From: Dermatophilaceae bacterium
GTDB lineage: Bacteria > Actinomycetota > Actinomycetes > Actinomycetales > Dermatophilaceae
Direction: 5' to 3'
Assembly (NCBI GenBank): GCA_032229625.1
Contig: JAVTVZ010000063.1
Coordinates: 5,470 to 69,469 of the forward strand
DNA length: 64,000 bases
Of the stretch, positions 1-9,322 are shown piece by piece. Every line of letters starts with the position of its first letter. Within the stretch, counting starts at the first letter, position 1. The position numbers and the translations under genes are program-made. Below the pieces are notes generated by a model. The model was not told the origin of the DNA. It searched no databases and was given only the letters and a program-made list of their open reading frames with translations.

Positions 1-211
1 CGCGCGCCGCGACCATGTCGGCGTCGTCGGCGGTCAGCCCGCGAGTGCCGGCGCCGGTGAGGAGGCTGACGTAGCCCTGCCGCGCGACGTCATACGCGTG
101 CCCCGACGTGCACCGCACCGGCCCCTCGCCGGCGGCCGTCAGCGAGGCCGCGCAGACCGGGCACCGCAGGACCGGCAGCGCGGCGTCGAGAGCAGGTCGG
201 CGGGTCGGCAC
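1..211 (-). CDS. RlmA-like putative RNA methyltransferase, N-terminal part (runs off the window edge)
   Basis: Manual translation from GTG at 211: MPTRRPALDAALPVLRCPVCAASL...VRCTSGHAYDVARQGYVSLL. The CPxC...CxxGHxxD.ARQGYV.LL pattern is the zinc-finger of RlmA-type m1G methyltransferases. Confidence 0.75.
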   Translation of the reverse strand, partial: MPTRRPALDAALPVLRCPVCAASLTAAGEGPVRCTSGHAYDVARQGYVSLLTGAGTRGLTADDADMVAAR

Positions 212-391
212 CCGCCCACTGTAGGTGCGCTGCGGCGCCCGGCCAGGCTCCCGTCCCCGGCCCGGCGCCTGCCCTCCGAGTGGTCGGCGCACAGGGGGCC
301 GCACCGACACGCCGGTGATCACCGGCGTGTCGGTGCGCCGTGGCGTTCGGCGACGGCGGGGGAGCGCCCGTCGGGGTGGCAGGGTGGCCGC

Positions 392-805
392 ATGAGTGCG
401 CACGAGGACTTCACACGGGACGAGCGCGACGAGCGCGACGAGCGGGACGGGTCAGAGGTGTCGACGGGCGGCCCGCGGGTGCGGGAGCTGGCGATCTACC
501 CCGTCAAGGACGAGCCGGGGGTGCGGCTGGCCGACGTCGCGGTGCAGGACGCCGGGCTGGCGGGGGATCGGCGCAAGAAGCGGCCCGTGCATCTGGTCGG
601 GGCGGGCGAGACGCCGGAGACGACGCGGGCCAACATCTTCCTCGATCTGCCCGACGCGCAGGTCGCCGCGTTGCTCGAGTGCACGGTGCGGCTCGGCGAC
701 GCGGTGCTGCACGTCACCGAGCGCCCGAGCGGCTGCCCCGGCGTGTATGCCGTCGTGGCCACGCCGGGGCGCGTCGCGCTCGGGGATGCGCTGACGATCC
801 TGTGA
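392..805 (+). CDS. Small MOSC-domain-like protein
   Basis: ATG at 392 within ORF 98..805. LAIYPVK, GLAGDRR and C-terminal CPGVYAVVATPGRVALGD resemble MOSC beta-barrel signatures. Confidence 0.6.
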   Translation: MSAHEDFTRDERDERDERDGSEVSTGGPRVRELAIYPVKDEPGVRLADVAVQDAGLAGDRRKKRPVHLVGAGETPETTRANIFLDLPDAQVAALLECTVRLGDAVLHVTERPSGCPGVYAVVATPGRVALGDALTIL

Positions 806-1009
806 GGCGCCCCGGTCGGCGGCAGGTCGGCGGCGCGCGGGGTAAACCTGTGCGGAGCGGCGCGGACGCGCGGATACCATCGTGCGGGGCCGTGTTACGG
901 CCTCGACGCCTGCCCGGGACCGATCCCGGCGCCCTTCGTCGCCCGTGGCGACCAGAGGCGACGGCGCAGGAAGCGCCCGGCGTCGATCACCGACAGTAGG
1001 GAGTCCGCC

Positions 1010-3046
1010 GTGTCCGCCCAGATCAGCGTCACCGTCGCCGGAGAGCAGCGGACGGTCGCCGCGGGCACGACGGCCGCCGACCTCTTCGCCGACGACAAGC
1101 GCGTCGTCGTCGCCCGCCTGCTCAATCAGGGCGGTGACCTCGTCGACCTGGCCCGCGAACTCGCCGACGGCGACGTCGTCGAGGCCGTCGACATCGGCTC
1201 GCCCGACGGCCTCGCGGTCCTGCGCCACTCCTGCGCCCACGTCGCCGCGCAGGCCGTGCAGCAGCTCAACCCCGACGCCACGCTCGGCATCGGCCCGCCG
1301 ATCACGGACGGGTGGTATTACGACTTCGCGCTCGAGGAGCCCTTCACCCCCGAGTCGTTCAAGGCGCTGGAAAAGGCGATGCAGAAGATCGTCAACGAGG
1401 GCCAGACCTTCCGCCGTCGCGTCGTCACCGATGCCGAAGCCCTCGAAGAGCTCGCGGGTGAGCCCTTCAAGTGCGAGCTCATCGGCCTCAAGGGTGGCCT
1501 CTCGCACGACGACCAGGAGGCCGGTGCCGGCGTCGAGGTCGGCGCGGGCGAGCTGACGATCTACGACAACGTGCGCCGCGACGGCAGCGTCGCGTGGGGC
1601 GACCTGTGCCGCGGCCCGCACATCCCGAGCACCAAGCTCATCGGCAACGCCTTCAAGCTCATGCGCAGCTCGGCCGCCTACTGGCGCGGTGACCAGCGCA
1701 ATCAGCAGTTGCAGCGGCTCTACGGCACGGCGTGGCCGAGCAAGGACGAGCTGCGCGAATACCTCGAGCGCCTCGCCGAGGCCGAGCGCCGCGACCACCG
1801 CAAGCTCGGCACCGAGCTCGACCTCTACTCCTTCCCCGACGAGCTGGGCTCCGGCCTGCCCGTCTTCCACCCCAAGGGCGGGGTCATCAAGCGGGAGATG
1901 GAGGACTACGTGCGGCGCCGGCACATCGAGGAGGGCTTCGACTACGTCGGCACGCCGCACATCTCCAAGGACGGGCTCTTCCACACCTCGGGGCACCTGC
2001 CGTATTACGCGGAGACGATGTTTCCGCCCCTGCACGTCGACGCCGAATACGACGACGAGGGCCAGGTGACGCGCGCCGGTCAGGATTATCGCCTCAAGGC
2101 GATGAACTGCCCGATGCACAACCTCATCTACCGCAGCCGCGGGCGCTCCTATCGCGAGCTGCCGATGCGCCTCTTCGAATTCGGGTCGGTGTATCGCTAC
2201 GAGAAGTCCGGCGTCATCCACGGCCTGACCCGCCTGCGCGGCTTCACGCAGGACGACAGCCACTCCTACGTCATGCCCGAGCAGGCTGCCGACGAGATCA
2301 AGCACCTGCTGAACTTCTGCCTCGGGCTCTTCCGCGACTTCGGGCTCGACGACTTCTACCTCGAGCTGAGCACCCGCGACGATTCGGACAAGTTCATCGG
2401 GTCCGACGAGGACTGGGCCGAGGCGACGCGCATCCTGTCGGAGGCGTGCACGTCGACGGGCCTGGAGCTCGTGCCCGACCCCGGCGGCGCCGCGTATTAC
2501 GGCCCGAAGGTGTCGGTGCAGGCGCGTGACGCCATCGGCCGCACGTGGCAGATGAGCACGATCCAGTACGACTTCAATCAGCCCGCGCGATTCGGTCTGG
2601 AATTCCAGGCGCCCGACGGGTCGCGGCAGCAGCCCGTGATGATCCACTCGGCGAAGTTCGGCTCCATCGAGCGATTCCTCGGCGTGCTCGTCGAGCACTA
2701 TGCCGGCGCCTTCCCCGTGTGGCTCTCACCGGTGCAGGTCACGTGCGTGCCCGTCGCCGCCGAATACGAGGAGTATCTCGAGGACGTCGCCGCGAGCCTG
2801 CGCGCCGCCGGGGTGCGCGTCGAGGTCGACAGCTCCGACGACCGCTTCCCCAAGAAGATCCGCAACGCCAGCAAGTCCAAGGTGCCGTATGTGCTCATCG
2901 CCGGCGAGGAGGACCGCTCCGCGGGGGCCGTGTCCTTCCGCTACCGCGACGGCACCCAGCGCAACGGCGTCCCCATCGAGGACGCCATTGCCGAGGTGAC
3001 CGCCGCCATCGAGGCGAAGGCGCAGGTCACGAGCGCGCCCGCCTGA
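1010..3046 (+). CDS. thrS: Threonine--tRNA ligase
   Basis: TGS domain, RHSCAH, DLCRGPH, RDHRKLG, MNCP zinc ligand, motif 2 [20 protein letters not shown] and C-terminal anticodon-binding domain. Confidence 0.98.
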   Translation: MSAQISVTVAGEQRTVAAGTTAADLFADDKRVVVARLLNQGGDLVDLARELADGDVVEAVDIGSPDGLAVLRHSCAHVAAQAVQQLNPDATLGIGPPITDGWYYDFALEEPFTPESFKALEKAMQKIVNEGQTFRRRVVTDAEALEELAGEPFKCELIGLKGGLSHDDQEAGAGVEVGAGELTIYDNVRRDGSVAWGDLCRGPHIPSTKLIGNAFKLMRSSAAYWRGDQRNQQLQRLYGTAWPSKDELREYLERLAEAERRDHRKLGTELDLYSFPDELGSGLPVFHPKGGVIKREMEDYVRRRHIEEGFDYVGTPHISKDGLFHTSGHLPYYAETMFPPLHVDAEYDDEGQVTRAGQDYRLKAMNCPMHNLIYRSRGRSYRELPMRLFEFGSVYRYEKSGVIHGLTRLRGFTQDDSHSYVMPEQAADEIKHLLNFCLGLFRDFGLDDFYLELSTRDDSDKFIGSDEDWAEATRILSEACTSTGLELVPDPGGAAYYGPKVSVQARDAIGRTWQMSTIQYDFNQPARFGLEFQAPDGSRQQPVMIHSAKFGSIERFLGVLVEHYAGAFPVWLSPVQVTCVPVAAEYEEYLEDVAASLRAAGVRVEVDSSDDRFPKKIRNASKSKVPYVLIAGEEDRSAGAVSFRYRDGTQRNGVPIEDAIAEVTAAIEAKAQVTSAPA

Positions 3047-3056
3047 CCCGCACGAC

Positions 3057-3095
3057 GCTCGCCCGGCCCCGCGATGTCCGCGGGGCCGGGCGAGC
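3057..3095. terminator. 17-bp-stem hairpin between convergent thrS and secreted-protein gene
   Basis: gctcgcccggccccgcg-atgtc-cgcggggccgggcgagc, a perfect inverted repeat starting 11 nt after the thrS stop. Confidence 0.8.
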
Positions 3096-3128
3096 CGTGT
3101 CTGGCGACGCTGCCCGATCCTGCGCGAA

Positions 3129-4085
3129 TCAGAAGGTCGTGATGCCGCGCGGGACGGGATACAGGGTGGTCTTCTTGACCCCCTTGAACGAGCTGTCGAA
3201 GAACTCGGGGTCCTTGTATTCGACAGCGGCTCCGGCGGCCGGTTGGACGATCCACTCGACGGCTCGCGGCTCGTCCCAGCACATGCTGTTGGAGAGCCCG
3301 ACGACATTCTTCAGTCGCGTCTCGATGAGCACCTTCGTCGTGACCTTCGGGGTGCGGGCCCGAGTCACCGTGATCTCCACGAGTCGACCGGCCGTAGTGA
3401 CCGCGACGAGGCGATCCTCGGTGGGGACCCAGTTCACGCCCTTCCACGCGGCGAACTGGATGTCGCTGTAGGCGCCGAATCCGCGCGCGACGACCTGCTG
3501 CTTGCCGAACGACGGAATGCCGTTGCGCCCCCAGGAGACCGGCATCTTCACCAGGGTGCCCGTCGTCGTGACGCCGTAGAGCATGGTGTCGCGTTCTTGG
3601 TCCTTCTCGACGTTGCCCGTCGTTCCGGTGTCCACGATGTGCCGCAATCCGGTGAAGTGCCCGCTGACCCGGACAGGGCTCGCCAGTTGGTCGCCGTCGA
3701 CGGTCCGCAAATACACGGCGTTGCCGCGCTTGTCGATGAACAGTCGGCCGTACCTCGACTCCTGCTCCCCGTCCGCGTCCTTCCATCGAGACACGGTCCC
3801 CGCCAGGCTCGCGGACGAGATGGGGTCGATGGTGATCCGCGTGTGCTCGTAGAAGTCGAAGCTCCCGTCACCGCCTACGAGGGTGCCCACCTCGCGGGTC
3901 TTCTGGTTGTACGCGTAGAACTGCGGGCATGCAGCCCCAACTGCTGCGATGTCGTTCGCAACGACCGCGGTCGCCGCAGGAGCCGGCGCCGCGCCGGCCG
4001 TGCCGACCGGCGCCAGCAGCGTCGTCGCGAGTGCTGCGGCGCAGGCAGTGCCGACGATCGGCCCGATGAGTCCGTTCTTGGCCAT
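3129..4085 (-). CDS. Secreted hypothetical protein, tachylectin-like beta-propeller candidate
   Basis: Signal peptide ending ..GTAGA/AP. Repeated blades LYGVTTTGTLVK..VVARGFGAYSDI and LVAVTTAGRLVE. Start 4085 or 4097. Confidence 0.65.
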   Translation of the reverse strand: MAKNGLIGPIVGTACAAALATTLLAPVGTAGAAPAPAATAVVANDIAAVGAACPQFYAYNQKTREVGTLVGGDGSFDFYEHTRITIDPISSASLAGTVSRWKDADGEQESRYGRLFIDKRGNAVYLRTVDGDQLASPVRVSGHFTGLRHIVDTGTTGNVEKDQERDTMLYGVTTTGTLVKMPVSWGRNGIPSFGKQQVVARGFGAYSDIQFAAWKGVNWVPTEDRLVAVTTAGRLVEITVTRARTPKVTTKVLIETRLKNVVGLSNSMCWDEPRAVEWIVQPAAGAAVEYKDPEFFDSSFKGVKKTTLYPVPRGITTF

Positions 4086-4255
4086 GATGTGTCCCATCCC
4101 TGAGGCTCCCGGCTGCCGGGAGTGTCCGCGCTGGTCAGCCCCTGTGCGGACCGCGTCGTCAGATCACAGGTCGACCGTTCGACCTGCAGTCTGAGTCAAA
4201 GCTGGGCAGGAACGTGGCTGCGGCTGGGAAGAGACGCCGACGTGCGCCGAACGGG

Positions 4256-4711
4256 TCAGGACACCGGCTCGGCGAGCAGCACGGGGATCTGCCGGTCGGT
4301 GGTGCGCTGGTAGTCCGCATACGGCGGGAAGGCCGCGACGCAGCGCTCCCACCAGGTGGCGCGCTCGTCGCCGGACAGCTCGCGCACGACGTACGCGCCG
4401 GTGTCGGTGCCGTCCTGCAGGTCGACGCGGGGGTTGGCGGTCATCGAGTGGTACCAGTCCGGGTGCTGCGGGGCGCCGCCCTTGGAGGCGACCGCGGCGT
4501 AGGCGGTGCCGTCGGTGACGCGCATGAGCGGCACGCGGCGCAGCAGGCCGGAGCGCTTGCCGCGGACGGTGTAGACGACGACGGCCATGCCGTTGATGTC
4601 GGCGGCGCGGGTGTCGCCGGCGGCGTCGATCGCGGCGAGCTGGTCGGCGACCCAGCCCTCCTTCTGCGGTGCGAACTCGCCGGTCAGGGGCGCGGTGTCA
4701 GAAGTGCTCAT
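4256..4711 (-). CDS. F420-dependent (deazaflavin) nitroreductase family oxidoreductase
   Basis: GKRSGLLRRVPL, VASKGGAPQHPDWYH..ANP and YADYQRTTDRQIPV are DDN/FDOR-A family motifs. Confidence 0.92.
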   Translation of the reverse strand: MSTSDTAPLTGEFAPQKEGWVADQLAAIDAAGDTRAADINGMAVVVYTVRGKRSGLLRRVPLMRVTDGTAYAAVASKGGAPQHPDWYHSMTANPRVDLQDGTDTGAYVVRELSGDERATWWERCVAAFPPYADYQRTTDRQIPVLLAEPVS

Positions 4712-4775
4712 GTCGCCACCCCACACCACGACGCCCGGGCTGTCCAGCCCCGACGCCCCGCCTAGGATCGAGCCC

Positions 4776-5345
4776 ATGAGCGCAGCGTCGGACCGCCACG
4801 TCGAGGACACGAGCGACTTCGTGGGGGTCGAGGACGGCTTCGAGCGCCTGTGGACGCCGCACCGGATGGCCTACGTGCAGGGCGAGCGCCCCGACCCCAA
4901 CGCCGGGCAGGGCTGCCCCTTCTGCGCCGCCCCGGGCAAGGACGACGCCGACGGCCTCATCGTCCACCGCGGCGCGCTCTGCTACGTCGTGATGAACCTC
5001 TTCCCCTACAACCCCGGCCACCTGCTCATCTGCCCCTACCGGCACGTGCCGCGCTACCTCGACCTCACCGACGCCGAGACCACCGAATTCACCGCGCTCA
5101 CCAAGGACGCGCTGCGCGCGCTGACCGCCGCGTCGGCGCCGATGGGCTTCAACATCGGCATGAACCAGGGCGACGTCGCCGGCGCCGGAGTGGCCGCGCA
5201 CCTGCACCAGCACGTCGTGCCGCGCTGGGGCGGCGACGCCAACTTCCTGCCGATCATCGGGCAGACCAAAGCGCTGCCGGTGCTGCTGGAGGACACCCGC
5301 GCCCAACTCGTCGCCCACTGGCCGCAGCACCCGGACGAGTCCTAG
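4776..5345 (+). CDS. HIT family protein (Ap4A phosphorylase-like)
   Basis: RLWTPHRMAY, CPFC, NLFPYNPGH and HLHQHVVPRW histidine triad. Usual position downstream of thrS. Confidence 0.93.
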   Translation: MSAASDRHVEDTSDFVGVEDGFERLWTPHRMAYVQGERPDPNAGQGCPFCAAPGKDDADGLIVHRGALCYVVMNLFPYNPGHLLICPYRHVPRYLDLTDAETTEFTALTKDALRALTAASAPMGFNIGMNQGDVAGAGVAAHLHQHVVPRWGGDANFLPIIGQTKALPVLLEDTRAQLVAHWPQHPDES

Positions 5346-5421
5346 CCCGGCACACGTCGGCCCGGGCACGCGTCGGCCCCGGCCACCCGAGGCGACCGAG
5401 GCGACCGAGGCTGGGCGCGCG

Positions 5422-7524
5422 TCACGCCTTGGCGAGGTGCTCCTCGACGAGCCGGTGCGGCATCTGCTCGTAGCCGGCGAACGTGCGCGAGAAGCTGCCC
5501 GACCCGTGCGACAGCGAGCGCAGGTCGATGGCATAGCGCGACAGCTCCAGCTGCGGCACCTCCGCGCGGATCAGCGAGTAGCCGCTCTGATCGGCCGGTT
5601 CGCTGCCCTGGATGCGGCCGCGGCGGCCCTGCATGTCGGTCATCACGGCCCCGACGTGGTCGTCGGCGACCCGCACCTCGAGCGTGTCGACCGGCTCGAG
5701 CAGCGTGACGACACCGGCGGCCGCGGCGGCCTCCTTGAGCGCGAGCGCCCCGGCGGTCTGGAAGGCCGCGTCGGAGGAGTCGACCGAGTGGGCCTTGCCG
5801 TCGTGCAGCGTGACGCGCACATCGACGAGCGGGTAGCCGGAGACGGTCCCCTTCTCCAACTGGGCGCGCACCCCCTTCTCCACGCTGGGGATGAACTGGC
5901 GCGGCACCGCGCCGCCGACGACCTTGTCGACGAATTCGAAGCCCGCGCCGCGCTCCAGCGGCTCGACGGTGATGTCGCAGACGGCGAACTGGCCGTGGCC
6001 GCCGCTCTGCTTGACGTGCCGGCCGTGCCCGCTGCCGGCGCCGACGAAGGTCTCGCGCAGCGGGATCCGCAGCTCCTCGGGCTCGACCTCGACGCGGAAG
6101 TCCTCCCGCAGACGGGTCAGGACGAGCTCGAGGTGCGTCGGGCCCATCGTCCACAGCACGACCTGGGCGGTCTGGGCGTTGTGCTCGATCCGCAGCGACG
6201 GGTCGGCCCCCGCGAGCCGCTGCAGGGCGCCCGGCAGCTTGTCCTGGTCGGCGCGGGTCGCCGGCCTGATCGCCGCCGGCAGCAGCGCCTGCGGCATCGC
6301 CCAGGGCTCGACGACCAGCGGCGCGTCCCTGTCGCTGAGGGTGTCCGACGTCTGCGCCGACGGCAGCTTGGTGACGACCGCGAGGTCACCGGCCACCGCG
6401 TCGGGCTTGGGCCGCAGCTCTGCGCCCAGCGGTGAGGCGAGCGGACCGACGCGCACGTCGTCGTCGTGGTCGGCGTGCCCCTCGACGTCGTGGCCGAGGA
6501 AGCTGCCCAGATGCCCCGAGACGTGCACCGTCGCGTCGGGCCTCAACGTGCCGGAGAAGACCCGCACGAGGGCGATGTGACCGGCATACGGGTCGTTGGT
6601 GGTGCGGATGACCTCCGCGACCAGGGGCCCGGCGGGGTCGCTGGTCAGCGCCGGCCCCGCCGCCCCCTCGACCGTGTAGACGCTCGGCATGGGCCGCATC
6701 CGCGGCGGCGGGAACGCGGCTTCGATGAGGTGCAGCGCGACGTCGATGCCCGCGCCGGTGTCCACGGAGGCGGGCAGCACGGGGTGGAAGGACCCGCGCG
6801 CCACGGCCTGCAGCAGCGCGGCCTCGACGACCTCGAAGCCGATCTGCTCCCCGCCGAGGTAGCGGTCGAGCAGCGAGTCGTCCTCGGCCTCGGTGATGAT
6901 GCCCTCGAGCAGCGGGCCGTGGTGGGTGTCGAAATACCCGATGTGCGCCTCGTCGGTGGGCCGGACCTGACGCTCCTGACCGGAGTAGTCGTGGATCTCG
7001 CCGAGGACGAGGTCGACGACCTGCGCGAGGCGACCGTCACGCACGACCGGCACCCCCAGCGGCATGACCCCGTCGCCGAAGGCCGCCTGGATGTCGGCCA
7101 GCGTCGCCTCGAAGTCGGCCCGGGGCGCGTCGAGCTTCGTCATGACGACCGCCCGCGGCAGGTCGACCTGCGCGCATTCGTGCCACAACGCCTGGGTCGC
7201 GGCGTCGACCCCGTCGGTCGCCGCGACGACGAAGAGGGCCGCGTCGCCCGCGCGCAGACCCGCCCGCAACTCGCCGACGAAATCGGGGTATCCCGGCGCG
7301 TCGATGAGGTTGACGACGACGTCGCCGGCGGCGACGGCCGCGACCTCGAGCTGGGTGGAGCGCCCCTCGGGCCGGTTCGGCGGACGGTATCCGGGCGTCG
7401 TGATCGCCACGAGATGGTCGAAGAGCCGGGTCTTGCCGGAGCCGCTCGGGCCGACGAGCACGACGTTGCGGATGCTGTCGGCGTCGCGGGGGAGGGGGGT
7501 CTGCGCGGTGGTTGGTCTGCCCAT
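5422..7524 (-). CDS. Elongation factor G-like protein EF-G2
   Basis: GPSGSGKT, DAPGYPDF, KQSGGHGQFA, DGKAHSVDSS and C-terminal EF-G domain V. Confidence 0.93.
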   Translation of the reverse strand: MGRPTTAQTPLPRDADSIRNVVLVGPSGSGKTRLFDHLVAITTPGYRPPNRPEGRSTQLEVAAVAAGDVVVNLIDAPGYPDFVGELRAGLRAGDAALFVVAATDGVDAATQALWHECAQVDLPRAVVMTKLDAPRADFEATLADIQAAFGDGVMPLGVPVVRDGRLAQVVDLVLGEIHDYSGQERQVRPTDEAHIGYFDTHHGPLLEGIITEAEDDSLLDRYLGGEQIGFEVVEAALLQAVARGSFHPVLPASVDTGAGIDVALHLIEAAFPPPRMRPMPSVYTVEGAAGPALTSDPAGPLVAEVIRTTNDPYAGHIALVRVFSGTLRPDATVHVSGHLGSFLGHDVEGHADHDDDVRVGPLASPLGAELRPKPDAVAGDLAVVTKLPSAQTSDTLSDRDAPLVVEPWAMPQALLPAAIRPATRADQDKLPGALQRLAGADPSLRIEHNAQTAQVVLWTMGPTHLELVLTRLREDFRVEVEPEELRIPLRETFVGAGSGHGRHVKQSGGHGQFAVCDITVEPLERGAGFEFVDKVVGGAVPRQFIPSVEKGVRAQLEKGTVSGYPLVDVRVTLHDGKAHSVDSSDAAFQTAGALALKEAAAAAGVVTLLEPVDTLEVRVADDHVGAVMTDMQGRRGRIQGSEPADQSGYSLIRAEVPQLELSRYAIDLRSLSHGSGSFSRTFAGYEQMPHRLVEEHLAKA

Positions 7525-7671
7525 GCCTCACCTTCCCCCCGGTCGGGCCGCCCGACAAGGGCGGCGCGCAGAAACGGGCCGATGGTCCCGGATGTCCGGC
7601 GGGCCGAGGCGACCCGCGGCGCTCGCCGCGGCACGGTCACCCTCGCGGAGGTCGTTAGGCTGTCCCGCACC

Positions 7672-8283
7672 ATGCTGAACAAATTCGCCCGCGCGTTCGT
7701 GACCCGACTCATCACCCCGGTGGCCCGCGGGTTGCTCAAGATCGGCCTGACCCCGGATGCGGTGACGATCATCGGCACGGTCGGCGTGTGCTTCTGCGCG
7801 CTCTTCTTCTTCTCCCGCGGCGACTTCGTCTGGGGCACGCTCTTCATCACGCTGTTCGTCGTCTCCGACCTGCTCGACGGCACGATGGCCCGCGTCTCGG
7901 GGCGCGCGAGCAACTGGGGCGCCTTCCTGGATTCCACGCTCGACCGCTTCGGCGACGCCAGCGTCTTCGGCGGGCTCGTCCTCTACTTCACCCGCCAGCC
8001 CGACGGGGCGGCCACCGCGTGGGGCGCGCTGGCCTGCCTCGTCTTCGGCTTCGTCACCAGCTATGCGCGGGCTCGCGCCGAGGGGCTCGGCTTCGGCGGC
8101 GCCAACGTCGGCATCGCCGAGCGCGCCGACCGTCTCGTCGTCGTGCTCGTCACGACGTTCCTCGTCGGGCTCTTCGGGCTGCCGCACGTCGTCTTCACCG
8201 TTGTGCTGTGGCTGCTCGCCGCCGCCAGCGCCATCACGGTCGCCCAGCGGATGCTCGCCGTGCGGCGTGAGATGGCCGCCTGA
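7672..8283 (+). CDS. pgsA: Phosphatidylinositol phosphate synthase (CDP-alcohol phosphatidyltransferase)
   Basis: DLLDGTMAR..G...WGAFLDSTLDRFGD motif. First gene of the PIM operon. Confidence 0.93.
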   Translation: MLNKFARAFVTRLITPVARGLLKIGLTPDAVTIIGTVGVCFCALFFFSRGDFVWGTLFITLFVVSDLLDGTMARVSGRASNWGAFLDSTLDRFGDASVFGGLVLYFTRQPDGAATAWGALACLVFGFVTSYARARAEGLGFGGANVGIAERADRLVVVLVTTFLVGLFGLPHVVFTVVLWLLAAASAITVAQRMLAVRREMAA

Positions 8284-8284
8284 G

Positions 8285-9319
8285 GTGCCCCGCGGCAGCG
8301 TCGGCCGGCAGCTCGGGCAGGCCCGTCGAGGAGTCGGTCAGCGGCTGACCGTCACCGGCTTCCGCGCCGCGTGGCGACTCGTGTGCCGGCTGCCCGAACC
8401 CCTCGCCTACCGGCTCTTCGACGTCGTCGCCGACATCGCCCGGCGTCGTGGCGGCGCGGGAGTGGACCTGCTGCGCGCCAACTACGCGCGGGTGCGGCCG
8501 GACGCCGACGAGGCCACCCTCGAGGGGCTCGTGGCGGCCGGGATGCGCTCCTACATGCGGTACTGGTGCGAGGCGTTCCGCCTGCCGGGGCGCCGCGTCG
8601 AGGACATCGTGCGCGGCGTGCGCAGCGTCGGTGACGCACCGGTCCGCGAGGTGCTCGCCACGGGCCGGCCCGTCGTCTGCTTCCTGGGGCACATGGGCAA
8701 CTGGGACACCGCCGGCGCGTGGGCCGCGCAGCGGCTCGCGCCCGTCCTGACCGTCGCCGAACGACTCGAACCCGAGGAGCTCTATCGCGAATTCCTCGCC
8801 TTCCGCGAGGGATTGGGGATGACGATCCTGCCCCTGACGGGGGAGGGCGACGTCTTCGGCCGGCTCGTGCGGCACGCCTCGGCGGGCGGGTGCGTCGTGC
8901 CGCTGCTCGCCGACCGCGACCTGACGCACACCGGTGTCGAGGTCGACTTCTGCGGCCGGCCGGCGCGCATGGCCGCCGGGCCCGCCGCCCTCGCGCTGGC
9001 CACCAAGGCACCCCTGCACCCGGTGTCGATGCACTACGAGCCGTGGGCGGCCGGGCCCGGCGGGTATCGGCTCGTCGTGACCTTCCACCCTGCGGTCCCG
9101 GTGCCGGCGCCCGGCCCCGCCGGCGGCGACACCCGGCAGCGGGTCGCCGCGATGACCCAGGCCTGCGCCGACGCTCTGGGCGGCGCCGTCGCCGCGCACC
9201 CCGCGGACTGGCACATGATGCAGCGGGTCTTCACCCAGGACCTCGACCCGCGGCGCCTCGCCCGGTCCGCCGCCGCCTCCGCCTCGGCGTCACCCGACGC
9301 CTCCGCGCAGGAGCGCTGA
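8285..9319 (+). CDS. Phosphatidylinositol mannoside acyltransferase (PatA-like)
   Basis: HMGNWD, LLADRDL and HPADWHMMQR motifs, located between pgsA and pimA. GTG start inferred. Confidence 0.9.
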   Translation: MPRGSVGRQLGQARRGVGQRLTVTGFRAAWRLVCRLPEPLAYRLFDVVADIARRRGGAGVDLLRANYARVRPDADEATLEGLVAAGMRSYMRYWCEAFRLPGRRVEDIVRGVRSVGDAPVREVLATGRPVVCFLGHMGNWDTAGAWAAQRLAPVLTVAERLEPEELYREFLAFREGLGMTILPLTGEGDVFGRLVRHASAGGCVVPLLADRDLTHTGVEVDFCGRPARMAAGPAALALATKAPLHPVSMHYEPWAAGPGGYRLVVTFHPAVPVPAPGPAGGDTRQRVAAMTQACADALGGAVAAHPADWHMMQRVFTQDLDPRRLARSAAASASASPDASAQER

Positions 9320-9322
9320 GCC

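Noticed and set aside
806-1009. T-box riboswitch for thrS
   Set aside because: No T-box sequence (TGGNACC-type antiterminator) or stem I specifier architecture was recognised, and the leader is short.
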